Part shown: positions 30,328-40,647 of the stretch, piece by piece
Position numbering within the stretch: the first letter of the stretch is position 1
How the letters are laid out: each line of letters starts with the position of its first letter
Assembly (NCBI GenBank): GCA_965217775.1
Contig: CBDCJH010000002.1
Span: 6,048,001-6,112,000, forward strand
DNA from: Acidobacteriota bacterium
GTDB taxonomy: Bacteria; Acidobacteriota; UBA6911; RPQK01; JAJDTT01
Reading direction: 5' to 3'
DNA: 64,000 nucleotides
Notes under the pieces: generated by a model
The model's input: only the letters and a program-made list of their open reading frames with translations
What the model was told of the DNA's origin: nothing
Databases searched by the model: none
Made by a program: the position numbers and the translations under genes

Positions 30328-31005
30328 TCACCCGCCACCAAGGGGCCGCCTGGGAAGGCGAGGCACCGGCTTTTCGAAGTGCACGTCTTCCTGAAGCTGG
30401 ATGGTCAGTGTGGAACCCCGGGGCAGGACCACGTCCTCCCCCCGCTTGAAGAGCGCCATGAGCCCGCCGACGGCGGCGCCGATGGCGGCGCCCGCGGCGG
30501 CGCCGCGGCCCATTCTACCCCGCATGGCGCCGGCGGTGACTCCGATGATGGTCCCGGTCACCGCTCCGCCGGCAGCGCCCGCCAGGACCTCGCCTTTCGC
30601 GCCTCCCTGAGCCCGGATCGTTCCCTCCTCGCCGTCCAGATCGGTGGCGTAGCCTTCCGAGGACTGGACCCCGGCTCTCATGTAACGCGTCGTCCCATCG
30701 GGGAGGATCACGGTGTCGAACTTCAGGGTGAGCTCCGCCTTGCCCTTGATCCGGCCCGCCCGCTTGCTCTTGTCCACGTAGCCGATGATGTAGCTGCCCA
30801 CCGGAATGACGATCCGGTCCTGAGCGGTGACCGGGACCTCGACCTGGCTGGAAAACTTGTCTCCGGAGCGAGCCGACTTGGTGTTCAAGCTCTGCTGCAG
30901 GCTGATGAAGATATCGGACTTTCCGGGAATGATGGTGTCATCGATGCTCTGGCCACTGAGCGGAATCGTGCTCAGGAGTCCAGTTGCGAGAAGACGTTTG
31001 ATCAT
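30328..31005 (-). CDS. Secreted TrbI/VirB10-like beta-domain protein
   Basis: IVIPVGS.I.G, LKFD, glycine-zipper GAAIGAAVG, VVLPRGS. Confidence 0.6.
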   Translation of the reverse strand: MIKRLLATGLLSTIPLSGQSIDDTIIPGKSDIFISLQQSLNTKSARSGDKFSSQVEVPVTAQDRIVIPVGSYIIGYVDKSKRAGRIKGKAELTLKFDTVILPDGTTRYMRAGVQSSEGYATDLDGEEGTIRAQGGAKGEVLAGAAGGAVTGTIIGVTAGAMRGRMGRGAAAGAAIGAAVGGLMALFKRGEDVVLPRGSTLTIQLQEDVHFEKPVPRLPRRPLGGG

Positions 31006-31214
31006 GCCAATTTTTCCTCCGCCGGCTTGGGAGGGTCGGGACAACTGGACGGTTTCTCCGGACCCAAGCCGCATTGATCGAGTCTACAACAGATGTTCAT
31101 CTACTTGGATTGGACTGGGAGTCCAGGGGTTCAACCGGTTTGCGGAGGCGGCGTGGAATCGGCGGATGTTGTTTCCAACCCGGCCCGGTATCTCGTTTCC
31201 GGGCTCCGGACGCT

Positions 31215-31319
31215 CGCCGACTCGAAAGTGTCTCCGGCAGAGAAGCAACCCGGCAGATCCGGGACGCTCACTCCGTAGACGTTCTTTTCGTCTTTGTGAA
31301 TTACGATTGGAAACAGCAT
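31215..31319 (-). pseudogene. hicB: HicB antitoxin N-terminal fragment
   Basis: FPIVIHKD..YGVSVPDLPGCFSAGDTFE, then unrelated sequence. Confidence 0.75.
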
Positions 31320-31341
31320 CAGCGGTTTCTACGCAATGGCT

Positions 31342-31420
31342 ATCCAGCCGCCGACTCTTCGTCTGGTCCCGTCTTGCTCCGCTTTGGACCGAAGAGGGCA
31401 CCCACAAGGAGCACCCCTAC
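31342..31420 (-). repeat. GTAG-type REP element with conserved flank
   Basis: gaagagggcacccacaagg(a/g)gc(a/g)cccctac recurs at 57162-57191 and 61329-61358. Confidence 0.75.
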
Positions 31421-31504
31421 CAAATATTCTTCATCAATTTGCAGGGGAATTCGAGATCAAGTAACCGGTTCACCCGGAAGACCCGTCTTGAGCCACAATC
31501 GATT

Positions 31505-31897
31505 TCACGACCCGGAAGACTCGGCCCCATCCTCGTCGCCGGAGCCGAAGATCTCGTGGACGGCGGCGATTCCCTCCCACGCCGCGGGAAATCCGGCATA
31601 GGGAGCGATGTGAAGCAGCGTCTCCACGATCTCCTTCCGGGTGGCGCCGTTGCGGCGAGCCATGCGGATGTTCAGTTCCAGGCCCCGCTGCCGCCCCAGG
31701 GCCGCCAGGGCCGCGATGGTGCAGAGACTCTTGGTCCTGCGGTCGAGACCGGGCCGGGCCCAGACTTCTCCCGACAGGAAGCCGATGACGTAGGCTTCGA
31801 AATCGGGCGAGATCTCCTGCCAGGATCGTTGCACCTGGGCGGCCTGATCCGCTCCCAGCATCTCTTTGAGAATCCGGATTCCTCTTTCCCTGTTCAT
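31505..31897 (-). CDS. Carboxymuconolactone decarboxylase family protein
   Basis: GEVWARPGLDRRTKSL, YAGFPAA. Confidence 0.9.
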   Translation of the reverse strand: MNRERGIRILKEMLGADQAAQVQRSWQEISPDFEAYVIGFLSGEVWARPGLDRRTKSLCTIAALAALGRQRGLELNIRMARRNGATRKEIVETLLHIAPYAGFPAAWEGIAAVHEIFGSGDEDGAESSGS

Positions 31898-31907
31898 GTG
31901 CGCTCCT

Positions 31908-32684
31908 TCACAGATTCAGACCGCCGCAAACGTGAATGGCTTGGCCGGTGACGCTCCGGGAGGCGTCCGACGCCAGGAACAGAACCATATCGGCGATATC
32001 CTCAGGAGGGATCATGCGCCGCAGGGCGATGTTTTCGGTGAACTCCGCCCTCAGCTCAGCGTCGGGCAGACCTGTGGCCAAGTGCCGGTCCCGAAGAACC
32101 CGTTCTATTCTGTCCCCTTCGACGGGGCCGGGACAGATGGCGTTGGACCGTACGTTGTAGGGTCCCAACTCGGCCGCCAGCGTCCGGCTCAAGCCGAGGA
32201 CGGCCCACTTGGAGGCGGCGTAGGGCGCCCTCAGTGGAAAGCCGATGCGGCCCGCCATGGAGGAGATGTGCACGATGGACCCGGACCGGCGGGCCATCAT
32301 ATGGGGGTAGACGGCCTTGTCGCAGAGGAACGAACCGGTCAGGTTGACCGCGAACACGTGCTCCCACTCTTCCAGGCTGACTTCCGAAATGGGCGCCGTG
32401 GGGCCCGCGATCCCCGCGTTGTTCACCAGGACGTCGATACGGCCCCAACGCTCCAGGATCGCCTCCACCGCCTGCTCGATCTCTTGGGGCCGGGTCAGAT
32501 CCAGGTCGATGGCCAGGGCCTCTTGTCCCCGGTTTTCGATGTCGCGGGTGGTTTCCCGGACGCCTTCGATGTCGGCGACCGCCACCCGGTAACCGTGGCC
32601 CGACAGGGCGAGGCTGATTTTCCTGCCCAGGCCCACTCCGCCGCCGGTGACCATGGCCGTTGGCTTCGAGCCGGTGTTTCCCAT
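31908..32684 (-). CDS. SDR oxidoreductase
   Basis: TGGGVGLG, NNAG, YAASK. Confidence 0.92.
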   Translation of the reverse strand: MGNTGSKPTAMVTGGGVGLGRKISLALSGHGYRVAVADIEGVRETTRDIENRGQEALAIDLDLTRPQEIEQAVEAILERWGRIDVLVNNAGIAGPTAPISEVSLEEWEHVFAVNLTGSFLCDKAVYPHMMARRSGSIVHISSMAGRIGFPLRAPYAASKWAVLGLSRTLAAELGPYNVRSNAICPGPVEGDRIERVLRDRHLATGLPDAELRAEFTENIALRRMIPPEDIADMVLFLASDASRSVTGQAIHVCGGLNL

Positions 32685-33562
32685 CAGTCGATGATCTTGT
32701 TGAGAGGGTATTCCACGATGCCCACCGCCCCGGCCGCCCGAACCCGGGGAACGATGTCCCGCACCACCGCTTCGTCGATGATGGTATTGACGGCGGTCCA
32801 ACCATCATCGGACAGAGACGAGAGGGTGGGTTTCTGGAGAGCCGGCAGGATATTCAGGACCGCATCGAGACAATCCAGGGGAACGTTCATCATCATTCCC
32901 ACCTTGCCCTCGGCGGCCATGGCCCCTCGAAGCATCAGCGCGATGTTCTCGATCTTCTGCCGCTTCCAGGGATCGTCCCAGGCGGCTTGGTTGGCGATGA
33001 GCCGGGGTGTGCTCACCAGGATCGTATCGACGACTCTGAGGTTGTTGGCGCGCAGGGAAGAACCGGTCTCCGTCACCTCCACGATGGCGTCGGCCAGCCG
33101 GGGCGGCTTCACCTCCGTGGCGCCCCAGGAGAACTCCACGTGTGCTTCCACGTTGTGGCGTTTCAGGTAGTCCCGGGTCAGGTTGACTCCCTCGGTGGCG
33201 ATGTGCTTGCCGGCCAGGTCGGCCGGTTTGCGAATGGGCGAATCTTCGGGCACGGCCAGGACCCAACGCACCGGCTTCCGGCTCACCTTGGAGAAGACCA
33301 GCTCGGCGACTTCGACCACCTGGGCCCCGTTCTCCACGATCCAGTCATGTCCGGTCAGACCGGCGTCCATGACCCCGTCCTGCACGTAACGGGCCATTTC
33401 CTGGGCCCGGATCAGGATGCACTCGATCTCCTGATCGTCGATGGACGGATAGTAGGACCGGGAGCGGAACCGGATCTGGTAGCCGGCCTTGGAAAAAAGT
33501 TGGGCCGTCGCCTCCTGAAGACTGCCCGCGGGGATTCCCAACGTCAAAATCTGTTCGCTCAT
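32684..33562 (-). CDS. hisG: ATP phosphoribosyltransferase (long form)
   Basis: [35 protein letters not shown]. Confidence 0.95.
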   Translation of the reverse strand: MSEQILTLGIPAGSLQEATAQLFSKAGYQIRFRSRSYYPSIDDQEIECILIRAQEMARYVQDGVMDAGLTGHDWIVENGAQVVEVAELVFSKVSRKPVRWVLAVPEDSPIRKPADLAGKHIATEGVNLTRDYLKRHNVEAHVEFSWGATEVKPPRLADAIVEVTETGSSLRANNLRVVDTILVSTPRLIANQAAWDDPWKRQKIENIALMLRGAMAAEGKVGMMMNVPLDCLDAVLNILPALQKPTLSSLSDDGWTAVNTIIDEAVVRDIVPRVRAAGAVGIVEYPLNKIID

Positions 33563-33963
33563 TTGGATTTCCCGCTCCCGTAGACCTTGGATGGGTCGAA
33601 TACCGGCTCCACCGAGACGGCCAGTCTCCCGTCTTCCACTTTCCGAAAAAAGCAACTCCTGTAGCCCTTGTGGCAGGCGGCGCCTCCGACCTGAGTGATC
33701 CGGAACAACAGAGTGTCGGCGTCGCAGTCCACGTGAACGGATCGGATCTGCTGCACGTGTCCGCTCTCCTCTCCCTTGCGCCAGAGACGGTCGCGGCTCC
33801 GGGAGTAGTAACAGACCCGGCCGGTGCGGAGCGACTCCGCCAGCGCCTCCGAATTCATGTACGCCATCATGAGGACGTCGCCCGTCTCGTCATCCTGAGC
33901 GATGACGGGGACGAGCCCTCCCTGCTTGTCAAAGTCGATCTGGTCCTGAAGCGACACGCTCAA
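33559..33963 (-). CDS. hisI: Phosphoribosyl-AMP cyclohydrolase
   Basis: [31 protein letters not shown]. Confidence 0.95.
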   Translation of the reverse strand: MSVSLQDQIDFDKQGGLVPVIAQDDETGDVLMMAYMNSEALAESLRTGRVCYYSRSRDRLWRKGEESGHVQQIRSVHVDCDADTLLFRITQVGGAACHKGYRSCFFRKVEDGRLAVSVEPVFDPSKVYGSGKSK

Positions 33964-35000
33964 CCTTCCTTTCCCGTGGAGTCGAACATGGGTGCCAAGT
34001 CCCGGTGGTGATAGAAAAGCGCCGGCGTTCCGCCGGTGTGCAGGAAGACGAGGTCGTGGCCCTTTCGCCAGCGGCCCCGACGGACGTCCGCCAGGAGAGC
34101 CCCCATGGCCTTGCCCGTATAGACGGGATCCAGAAGGATCCCCTCCCGTCGAGCCAACAGGGAGATGGCTTCCAGGCTTTCGGGGGTCGCGATGCCGTAT
34201 CCGGTGCCGATGTAGTCAGGGCTCGCCTGAACGTCTTCCAGCGTCACGGCCGGTTCGAGTTCCAGAAGCGCAGCGGCGTCGTTGGCCAGTTTGACCATGT
34301 AGGAAGCGGTGTCGAAGGGCCATTCGATGGGCATGATCGCCTCCAGAGCCGCCTCCCATCCCAGCAGCTTCCGGCCCAGGAACATCCCCGCGCCGGTGGA
34401 GCCGCCGGAGGAGAAGTAGACGGCGTCGGCCCGGACGCCCTGCTCGTCCAATTGTTCCCGGAGCTCCAGCAAGGCCAAGGTGTAGCTAACGGCCGCGGCG
34501 GCCCGAGAGGCCGGGTCGGCGATGGTGAAGACCTTTCGTCCTTCGCTCCTCAGGCTGTCGGCCTTCTCCTTGATCTTGTTCCAGAGGGGCGGTCCCATGG
34601 GTTCCGAGTTGAGCTCGATCCGGGCCCCGACCAGGTGGTCCAGGAGGAAGTTTCCCTGGAACTCAATCTCGGCGTGATCCGTGGTCAGGACCAAGTGGCA
34701 TTCCAGGCCCAACTTGGCCGCGGCGGCCGCGGTCTGGCGGCAGTTGTTGGACTGGATTCCGGCTCCCCAGACCAGGGTGTCGGCGCCTTCCTCCAGGGCC
34801 CTCCCCAGGATGAACTCGTTGTGCCGGGCCTTGTTCCCGCCGAAGGCGAGGCCGGTGCAGTCGTCCCGTTTGATGAAAATCCGGGGACCGCTCATTGCTG
34901 CACTCAGACGGGGAAGCTCTTCCAGGGGTGTGGGCAGATGGGCCAGTTGGACCCGGGGAAGACGGTCGATCCTGGCTCGAAGTTCCTGGGGGCTGATCAT
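33960..35000 (-). CDS. D-cysteine desulfhydrase/ACC deaminase family PLP enzyme
   Basis: [33 protein letters not shown]. Confidence 0.9.
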   Translation of the reverse strand: MISPQELRARIDRLPRVQLAHLPTPLEELPRLSAAMSGPRIFIKRDDCTGLAFGGNKARHNEFILGRALEEGADTLVWGAGIQSNNCRQTAAAAAKLGLECHLVLTTDHAEIEFQGNFLLDHLVGARIELNSEPMGPPLWNKIKEKADSLRSEGRKVFTIADPASRAAAAVSYTLALLELREQLDEQGVRADAVYFSSGGSTGAGMFLGRKLLGWEAALEAIMPIEWPFDTASYMVKLANDAAALLELEPAVTLEDVQASPDYIGTGYGIATPESLEAISLLARREGILLDPVYTGKAMGALLADVRRGRWRKGHDLVFLHTGGTPALFYHHRDLAPMFDSTGKEG

Positions 35001-35155
35001 CTGTGAGTCTCTGGATTGGAGTTTACAAGCTTCGATCGAACGATTGGTGGGGCCGGCACCGGAGCCGGCCGCCGGCCGCCAGTTTACCAGCCTCCGGTGA
35101 AACTCCGATGCCGAATCGTCCGAATGCCCCGCGGCGGGCGCACGGTCATGGACCG

Positions 35156-36745
35156 CTATTCGATTGCGGCCTCCTTGGCGTGGGTGTACAGCAACTTGCC
35201 CTTTTCGTCGTAGAAGGTGAAATCCATGCGAGCCTGCCCCTCGCCGGTCCGGCCGATCTTCATGAGCAGGAAACCACCGGTGGGTTCCTCGTAGTGGTAG
35301 GGCTGTTTCACTTTTCCCTCGGGATCCGAGGATTTGGGGTCGCCCGGAAAGTACCCTGGAATCGCGTTGGCGTCGATCATCGAGCCGACGGAGAATTCCT
35401 GGAAGCCGGAGGGGTGGACCGCATGATACTGCCAGTGGCGGTCCCCGCAGATGATGACGAAGCGTTCGGGAGAGAACTGGTTGTCCGTCAACCAGCGGAA
35501 GAACTCGTTGCCTTCATATCGGAATCCACCTGGGTTGATGTGGTTGTCCCGCTTCGAGCCACTGCCGGGTCCCACCATGGCTGTCGCGGAGAGAAGGACC
35601 TTGAAGGTGGCGTCGCTCTCCAGCAGAGTCCGTTCGAGCCATTCCTTCTGCTCTTTCCCCCAGACCGTCTTTCGGGGACCGTCGGGAAAGTCGTTGGGGC
35701 TGCGGTAGTCGCGTCCCTCCACGATCCAGATCTGCAGGTCCCGGTTCACTCGCCGCGTGGAGTAGGTCACCGTAGCGGACGCCCGTGGATCGACGACGGG
35801 GTACTGTTCCCGGAACATCCGGACCCCCAGTTCGTGGGAAGGAGCGTTGCCGGAACCGGAGTGCTTCGGGTAGAGGTTCTCCTTGGGGTAGGCTCCGATC
35901 CTGTCCTGGGCATAGACGCGGGCCGGATTGACCGGATCGGAGTCGTTGAACCGGTAGTCGTGATCGTCCTTCAACCAGTAGGTGGCCACTCGGACGAACA
36001 GATCCAGGAACCTCTGCTGCGAGTACTGCTCCTGGTGCTTCATCCGCAATTGGTGCTGGGTCTCCGCCCGTCCTCTCATCTGGTGACCGCTTCCGGGGCC
36101 GTCGTAGTAGACGTTGTCTCCGAGACCCACGAAGAAATCGGGCTCCAAGGCCAGGATGGCCGCCAACGCCGGGTAGCCCAGCGCCTTGTCCGGTCCGCTG
36201 TAGGGTGGTTGGGAACCGCTGCCGGTGTAGTGGAATTTGCTGTAGTGCATGCAGGTGGCGAGGGCGAAGCTGTAGGACACCTGCCCGGTCTCCCCGCCCA
36301 GGGTGGTGAAAGTCGCCGCCGCCGATTTCTCGAGCCGCGACTTGTCCGGCCCGTAGACCAGACGGTAGTGGTAGCGGGTCTCCGGCCGCAGCCCATCCAC
36401 CTTGACCTTCACGATGTAGTCGTTCTCCGGGAGGGCGGCGAGCCATTCCGTCCGGATCGAGTTCTTGAAATCGGCCCCGGTCCCCACCTCGAAGCCGGCG
36501 ACCCCCTCGATGCCCAGGACTCCCGACCAGCGGCGGTCGACGAGACGTTTCGTCGAGGTGAGACGGGACTGGAGGATGGCCGACGTGTCATCCACGGCGC
36601 CCACCATCAGACCGTGACCCAACTCCATGGGAAAGGGATCCTCGGACTGGGAAAAGCCCAGGTTTCCCAGGGTCAGAAACAGAAGCAGTGCGGGAATCCG
36701 GGCCCGGCGGCCGATCATTGCTCTAAGTTCTTGGAGACTGATCAT
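35156..36745 (-). CDS. phoD: Alkaline phosphatase D family protein, paralogue 2
   Basis: LGDNVYYD, DDHDY, GDRHW. Confidence 0.85.
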   Translation of the reverse strand: MISLQELRAMIGRRARIPALLLFLTLGNLGFSQSEDPFPMELGHGLMVGAVDDTSAILQSRLTSTKRLVDRRWSGVLGIEGVAGFEVGTGADFKNSIRTEWLAALPENDYIVKVKVDGLRPETRYHYRLVYGPDKSRLEKSAAATFTTLGGETGQVSYSFALATCMHYSKFHYTGSGSQPPYSGPDKALGYPALAAILALEPDFFVGLGDNVYYDGPGSGHQMRGRAETQHQLRMKHQEQYSQQRFLDLFVRVATYWLKDDHDYRFNDSDPVNPARVYAQDRIGAYPKENLYPKHSGSGNAPSHELGVRMFREQYPVVDPRASATVTYSTRRVNRDLQIWIVEGRDYRSPNDFPDGPRKTVWGKEQKEWLERTLLESDATFKVLLSATAMVGPGSGSKRDNHINPGGFRYEGNEFFRWLTDNQFSPERFVIICGDRHWQYHAVHPSGFQEFSVGSMIDANAIPGYFPGDPKSSDPEGKVKQPYHYEEPTGGFLLMKIGRTGEGQARMDFTFYDEKGKLLYTHAKEAAIE

Positions 36746-38332
36746 TTATTCCGGCGCGGCCTCCTTGGTGTGGGTGTAAAGCACTTTGCCCTTTTCATCG
36801 TAGAAGGTGAAATCCATGCGGGCCCGCCCCTCGCCGGTTTGGCCGATCTTCATGATCAGGAAACCGCCGGTGGGTTCCTCGAAGTGATAGGGATGTTTGA
36901 TTTTTCCTTCGGGGTCCGACGATTTGGGATCGCCGGGAAAGAAGCCCAGAATCGCGTTGGAATCGTCGATAGCGCCGACGGAGAATTCCTGGAAGCCGGA
37001 GGGGTGGACGGCATGATACTGCCAGTGCCGATCTCCGCAGACGATCATGAAGCGTTCCGGTGAGAAACGTTCGGCCGTCAGCCAGCGGAAAAACTCGTCG
37101 CCTTCGGTTTGAAATCCTCCCGGGTTGACGTGGTTGTCGCGTTTGGCGGCGTAGTCGGGTCCCACCATGGGTGTCGCGGAGAATAGAACCTTGAAGGTGG
37201 CGTCGCTTTCCAGCAAGGTCCGTTTGAGCCACTCCTTCTGCTTTTTCCCCCAGATCGTCTTCCGGGGACCGTCGGGAAAGTCGTTGGGGCTGCGGTAGTC
37301 GCGTCCCTCCACGATCCAGATCTGCAGGTCCCGGTTCACTCTTCGCGTGGAGTAGGTCACCGTTTCGGACGCCCGTAGATCGACGACCGGAAGCTGTTCC
37401 CGGAACATCCGCACCCCCAATTCAGGGGAGGGAGCGTGGCCGGAACCGGAGTGTTTCGGGAAGAGGTTCTCCTTGGGATAGTTTCCGGTATTCGACCCGT
37501 CATAGATATGGATGCGGACCGGATTGACCGGATCTGAGTCGTTGAACCGGTAGTCGTGATCGTCCTTCAACCAATAGGTGGCCACTCGGGCGAACAGATC
37601 CGGGAACCTCTGCTGCGAGAACTGCTCGTGGTACTTCATCCGCAACTGGTGCTGCGTCTCCGCCCGTCCTCTCATGTCTTGGTCGGCTCCGGGGACGTCG
37701 TAGTAGACGTTGTCACCCAAACCCACGAAGAAGTCGGGCTCCAAGGCCAGGATGGAAGCCAGCCCCGGGTAGCCCAATGCCTTGTCCGGTCCGCTGTAGG
37801 GAGGGTGGCCACCGTGCCCGGTGTAATGGAAATAGGTGTAGTTCATGCAGGCGGCGAGGGCGAAGCTGTAGGAGACCTGTCCCGTGGGTCCGCCCAACGT
37901 GGTGAAGGTCGCGGCGGTCGATTTCTTGAGCCGAGACTTGTCCGGCCCGTAGACCAGGCGATAGTGGTAGCGGGTCTCAGGCCGCAGCCCTTCCACCTTG
38001 ACCTTCACGATGTAATCGTTCTCCGGGAGGGCGGCGAGCCACGCGGTCCGGATCGGGTTCTTGAAGTCGGCGCCGGTCGCCACCTCGAACCGGGAGATTC
38101 CCTCGATCCCCAAGACGCCCGACCAGCGGTTGTCGACGAGGCGCTCGGTCGAGGTGAGGCGGGACTGGAGAATCGCCGAAGCGTCGCCCACAGAGCCTGC
38201 CATCAGGCCGTGGCCCAGTTCCACGGGAAAGGGGTCCTGGGATTGGGAAAAGCCCGAGTTCCCGAGGGCCAGGAACAGAACCAATGCGGGGATCCGCCTC
38301 CGACAGGACCGTCGGGTGATCGTGGTGGTCAT
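36746..38332 (-). CDS. phoD: Alkaline phosphatase D family protein, paralogue 1
   Basis: Same motifs; signal peptide; GGAGGAG RBS. Confidence 0.85.
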   Translation of the reverse strand: MTTTITRRSCRRRIPALVLFLALGNSGFSQSQDPFPVELGHGLMAGSVGDASAILQSRLTSTERLVDNRWSGVLGIEGISRFEVATGADFKNPIRTAWLAALPENDYIVKVKVEGLRPETRYHYRLVYGPDKSRLKKSTAATFTTLGGPTGQVSYSFALAACMNYTYFHYTGHGGHPPYSGPDKALGYPGLASILALEPDFFVGLGDNVYYDVPGADQDMRGRAETQHQLRMKYHEQFSQQRFPDLFARVATYWLKDDHDYRFNDSDPVNPVRIHIYDGSNTGNYPKENLFPKHSGSGHAPSPELGVRMFREQLPVVDLRASETVTYSTRRVNRDLQIWIVEGRDYRSPNDFPDGPRKTIWGKKQKEWLKRTLLESDATFKVLFSATPMVGPDYAAKRDNHVNPGGFQTEGDEFFRWLTAERFSPERFMIVCGDRHWQYHAVHPSGFQEFSVGAIDDSNAILGFFPGDPKSSDPEGKIKHPYHFEEPTGGFLIMKIGQTGEGRARMDFTFYDEKGKVLYTHTKEAAPE

Positions 38333-38386
38333 GATCTCCTCCAAGTCCCGGCATCATATCCGATTTGGGGTGCCGGGAGGGGCGAC

Positions 38387-38482
38387 GTGGAGGGGGGACA
38401 TTCTTGTCCCCCACTGGGAGGCGACTTTCCTGTCGCCCATTGGGAAGGGCGACTTTCCTGTCGCCCACTGGGACAGGCGACT
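38387..38482 (+). repeat. Tandem REP-like palindrome array (GGCGACTTTCCTGTCGCC), left part
   Basis: 26-28 bp period; the fourth unit is split by the intron. Confidence 0.85.
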
Positions 38483-40399
38483 GTGCGCCAGGCTAACTGG
38501 CACAAGATAGGCGGTGGAAGTCCGCCGAAACGAAGGACTAACCATCCACGTTTCTCCGCGAGCCGTGCGTGGGCACCCGTGAGGGTGTCGGCGAAGCGTC
38601 GGTAGCGGTGCGTATGGGCAGGCTATTGAGCATCGAAAGCTCCCTGATCGGAAGTGCCGAGGCTGTAGTCGCGGTCGAAGGCAACACCGGCTGGACCGCC
38701 CAGGTGAGGGCCGGCCGGGCTCCGCGGTGTCAAAGAACCCAGGCACGTACGCAAATCTTGTTCCGGGACCTGGGAGGGCTTCATTTCACGCCGGGGGGTC
38801 GCCCCGGGGTCGCATGAGAAAGGAGTAACCCGAAACTCATGATGGACGGAACGAAGCAATCGGATTCATCCATAGTAGCGATGAAGCGGGCGAACAAAGA
38901 GGGGCGACCCTCGGCGGAGCCGGTGGAGCGAAGGGATGGAACCAAGGGGAATTCGGTGAGCCAAAGCACGCGCCGGACGCAGAGTCGGGGGAGCGTGTCC
39001 CAAGCGGTGGACCGGATACGGCGAGCGATCGCGAGAAACCCCAAGGAGCGACTGACCGCGCTGCTGCACCATATCACTGTGGAGGCCCTGCGCCGCGCCT
39101 ACCTCGGACTGAGGAAGGATGCTGCGCCGGGAATCGATGGGGTCCGGTGGGAGGAGTACGGGGCGAAGCTGGAAGAGCGACTGCTGGACCTGCATCGCCG
39201 CGTGCACCGGGGCGCGTACCGAGCGCCTCCCGTCCGGCGGGTGAACATCCCCAAGCCGGATGGAAGGACACGACCGCTCGGCGTGGCCGCGCTGGAGGAC
39301 AAGATCCTCCAGAAGGCAGTCGTGGACGAGCTCCTAACGCCGATTTACGAGGCGGAGTTTCTCGGGCTCAGCTACGGGTTCCGGCCCGGACGGAAGGCGC
39401 ATGACGCGCTGGATGCACTGGCCTACGGGATCGAACGGCGGAAAGTCAATTGGATCGTGGACGCGGACATTCGGACGTTCTTTGATGCGATCGACCGGGA
39501 CTGCCTGATGCAGTTCGTGGAACGGCGGATCGGAGACCGGCGGGTGCTGCGGCTGCTGCGCAAGTGGCTGAACGCCGGGGTGATGGAAGAAGGGACCTGG
39601 TCGGACTCGGGGAGAGGGACGCCTCAGGGCGCCAACGTCTCGCCGGTCATGGCCAACGTGTACCTGCACTACGTGCTGGACCAATGGTTCCATCGGACGT
39701 GGCGCCCACGAGTCCCGAAAGGCGAAGCGATCCTGGTGCGATATGCGGACGACTTCGTGGCCGGATTCCAGAGACGGGCGGACGCGAAACGGTTTCTCCG
39801 AGACCTGGGGGAACGGTGCGCCGAGTTCGGGCTGGAACTGCACCCGGAAAAGACGCGACTGGTGGAGTTCGGACGATTTGCGGCAGCGGATCGGCGACGA
39901 CGCGGGGAGCGGAAACCGGAGACGTTCGACTTTCTGGGGTTCACGCACTACTGTGCGAAGACCCGGAAGGGACGGTTCCGGCTGGGGCGGAAGCCAAGCG
40001 CGAAACGGATGAACCGGACCCTGCAACGGGTGGGGGAGAGGCTGTGGAGACAACGGCACGCGGATCACTGGGAGGTCGGGAAATGGTTGAGCCGGGTCCT
40101 GAACGGCTGGCTGAACTATTTTGCGGTTCCGGGGAGTACGCGCTGGCTGCGAGGTTTCTGCTATCTGCTGCAACGGCGGTGGCTGCGAGCCTTGCGCCGC
40201 CGGTCCCAACGCGACCGCTTCAGTTGGGGACGGTTGCGACGGATGACGGAGTTGCTCTGGCCATCCGTGAAGATCCGTCACCCGTGGCCGGGGCAGCGGT
40301 TCCGCTGGCCGTCCACACCCAAGGTAGGAGCCGGATGCCTTAACGGGCACGTCCGGATCTGTGCGGGGGGCGGCAGGAAACTGCCGTTCCTACCGTGAC
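38483..40399 (+). mobile_element. Group II intron, complete
   Basis: 5' GTGCG; domain V GAGCCGGATGC..GCACGTCCGGATC; domain VI ending CCTACCGTGAC; removing it restores GGCGACT|TTCCTGTCGCCC. Confidence 0.92.
38839..40398 (+). CDS. ltrA: Group II intron reverse transcriptase/maturase, no En domain evident
   Basis: IPKPDG.TRPLG, GFRPGR, GTPQG, RYADD, FDFLGF. Confidence 0.95.
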   Translation: MMDGTKQSDSSIVAMKRANKEGRPSAEPVERRDGTKGNSVSQSTRRTQSRGSVSQAVDRIRRAIARNPKERLTALLHHITVEALRRAYLGLRKDAAPGIDGVRWEEYGAKLEERLLDLHRRVHRGAYRAPPVRRVNIPKPDGRTRPLGVAALEDKILQKAVVDELLTPIYEAEFLGLSYGFRPGRKAHDALDALAYGIERRKVNWIVDADIRTFFDAIDRDCLMQFVERRIGDRRVLRLLRKWLNAGVMEEGTWSDSGRGTPQGANVSPVMANVYLHYVLDQWFHRTWRPRVPKGEAILVRYADDFVAGFQRRADAKRFLRDLGERCAEFGLELHPEKTRLVEFGRFAAADRRRRGERKPETFDFLGFTHYCAKTRKGRFRLGRKPSAKRMNRTLQRVGERLWRQRHADHWEVGKWLSRVLNGWLNYFAVPGSTRWLRGFCYLLQRRWLRALRRRSQRDRFSWGRLRRMTELLWPSVKIRHPWPGQRFRWPSTPKVGAGCLNGHVRICAGGGRKLPFLP

Positions 40400-40466
40400 T
40401 TCCTGTCGCCCATTGGAGGGGCGACTTTCTTGTCGCCCACTGGGACAGGCGACTTTCTTGTCGCCT
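40400..40466 (+). repeat. REP-like palindrome array, right part
   Basis: ttcctgtcgccc, then two further units. Confidence 0.85.
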
Positions 40467-40647
40467 GCTCTTCCATGCTGCTATACGATTCCGCGGCCCG
40501 AAAGTGTTGAGGGGGAAAGTGTAAGGTGGGGACTCCGTCCCCCCAAGACCCCCCTGTCGGCGACAAGAAAGTCGTCGCTCCAGACTTGCTATACTCGCGG
40601 GCCGAATCGATTCATACGATTAAACGCCGCCCGTGGAGAGCGAACGC

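Noticed and set aside
38839-40398. RT as a DGR or retron, paired with the Cache, phoD or MORN paralogues
   Set aside because: The RT lies inside a complete group II intron (GTGCG, domains V and VI, YADD). By eye, paralogue differences are not adenine-specific and no TR/VR pair was seen.
38387-40466. Periodic palindromes as a CRISPR array
   Set aside because: Linkers are only about 8-10 bp and are themselves repeated; there are no unique spacers and no cas genes.
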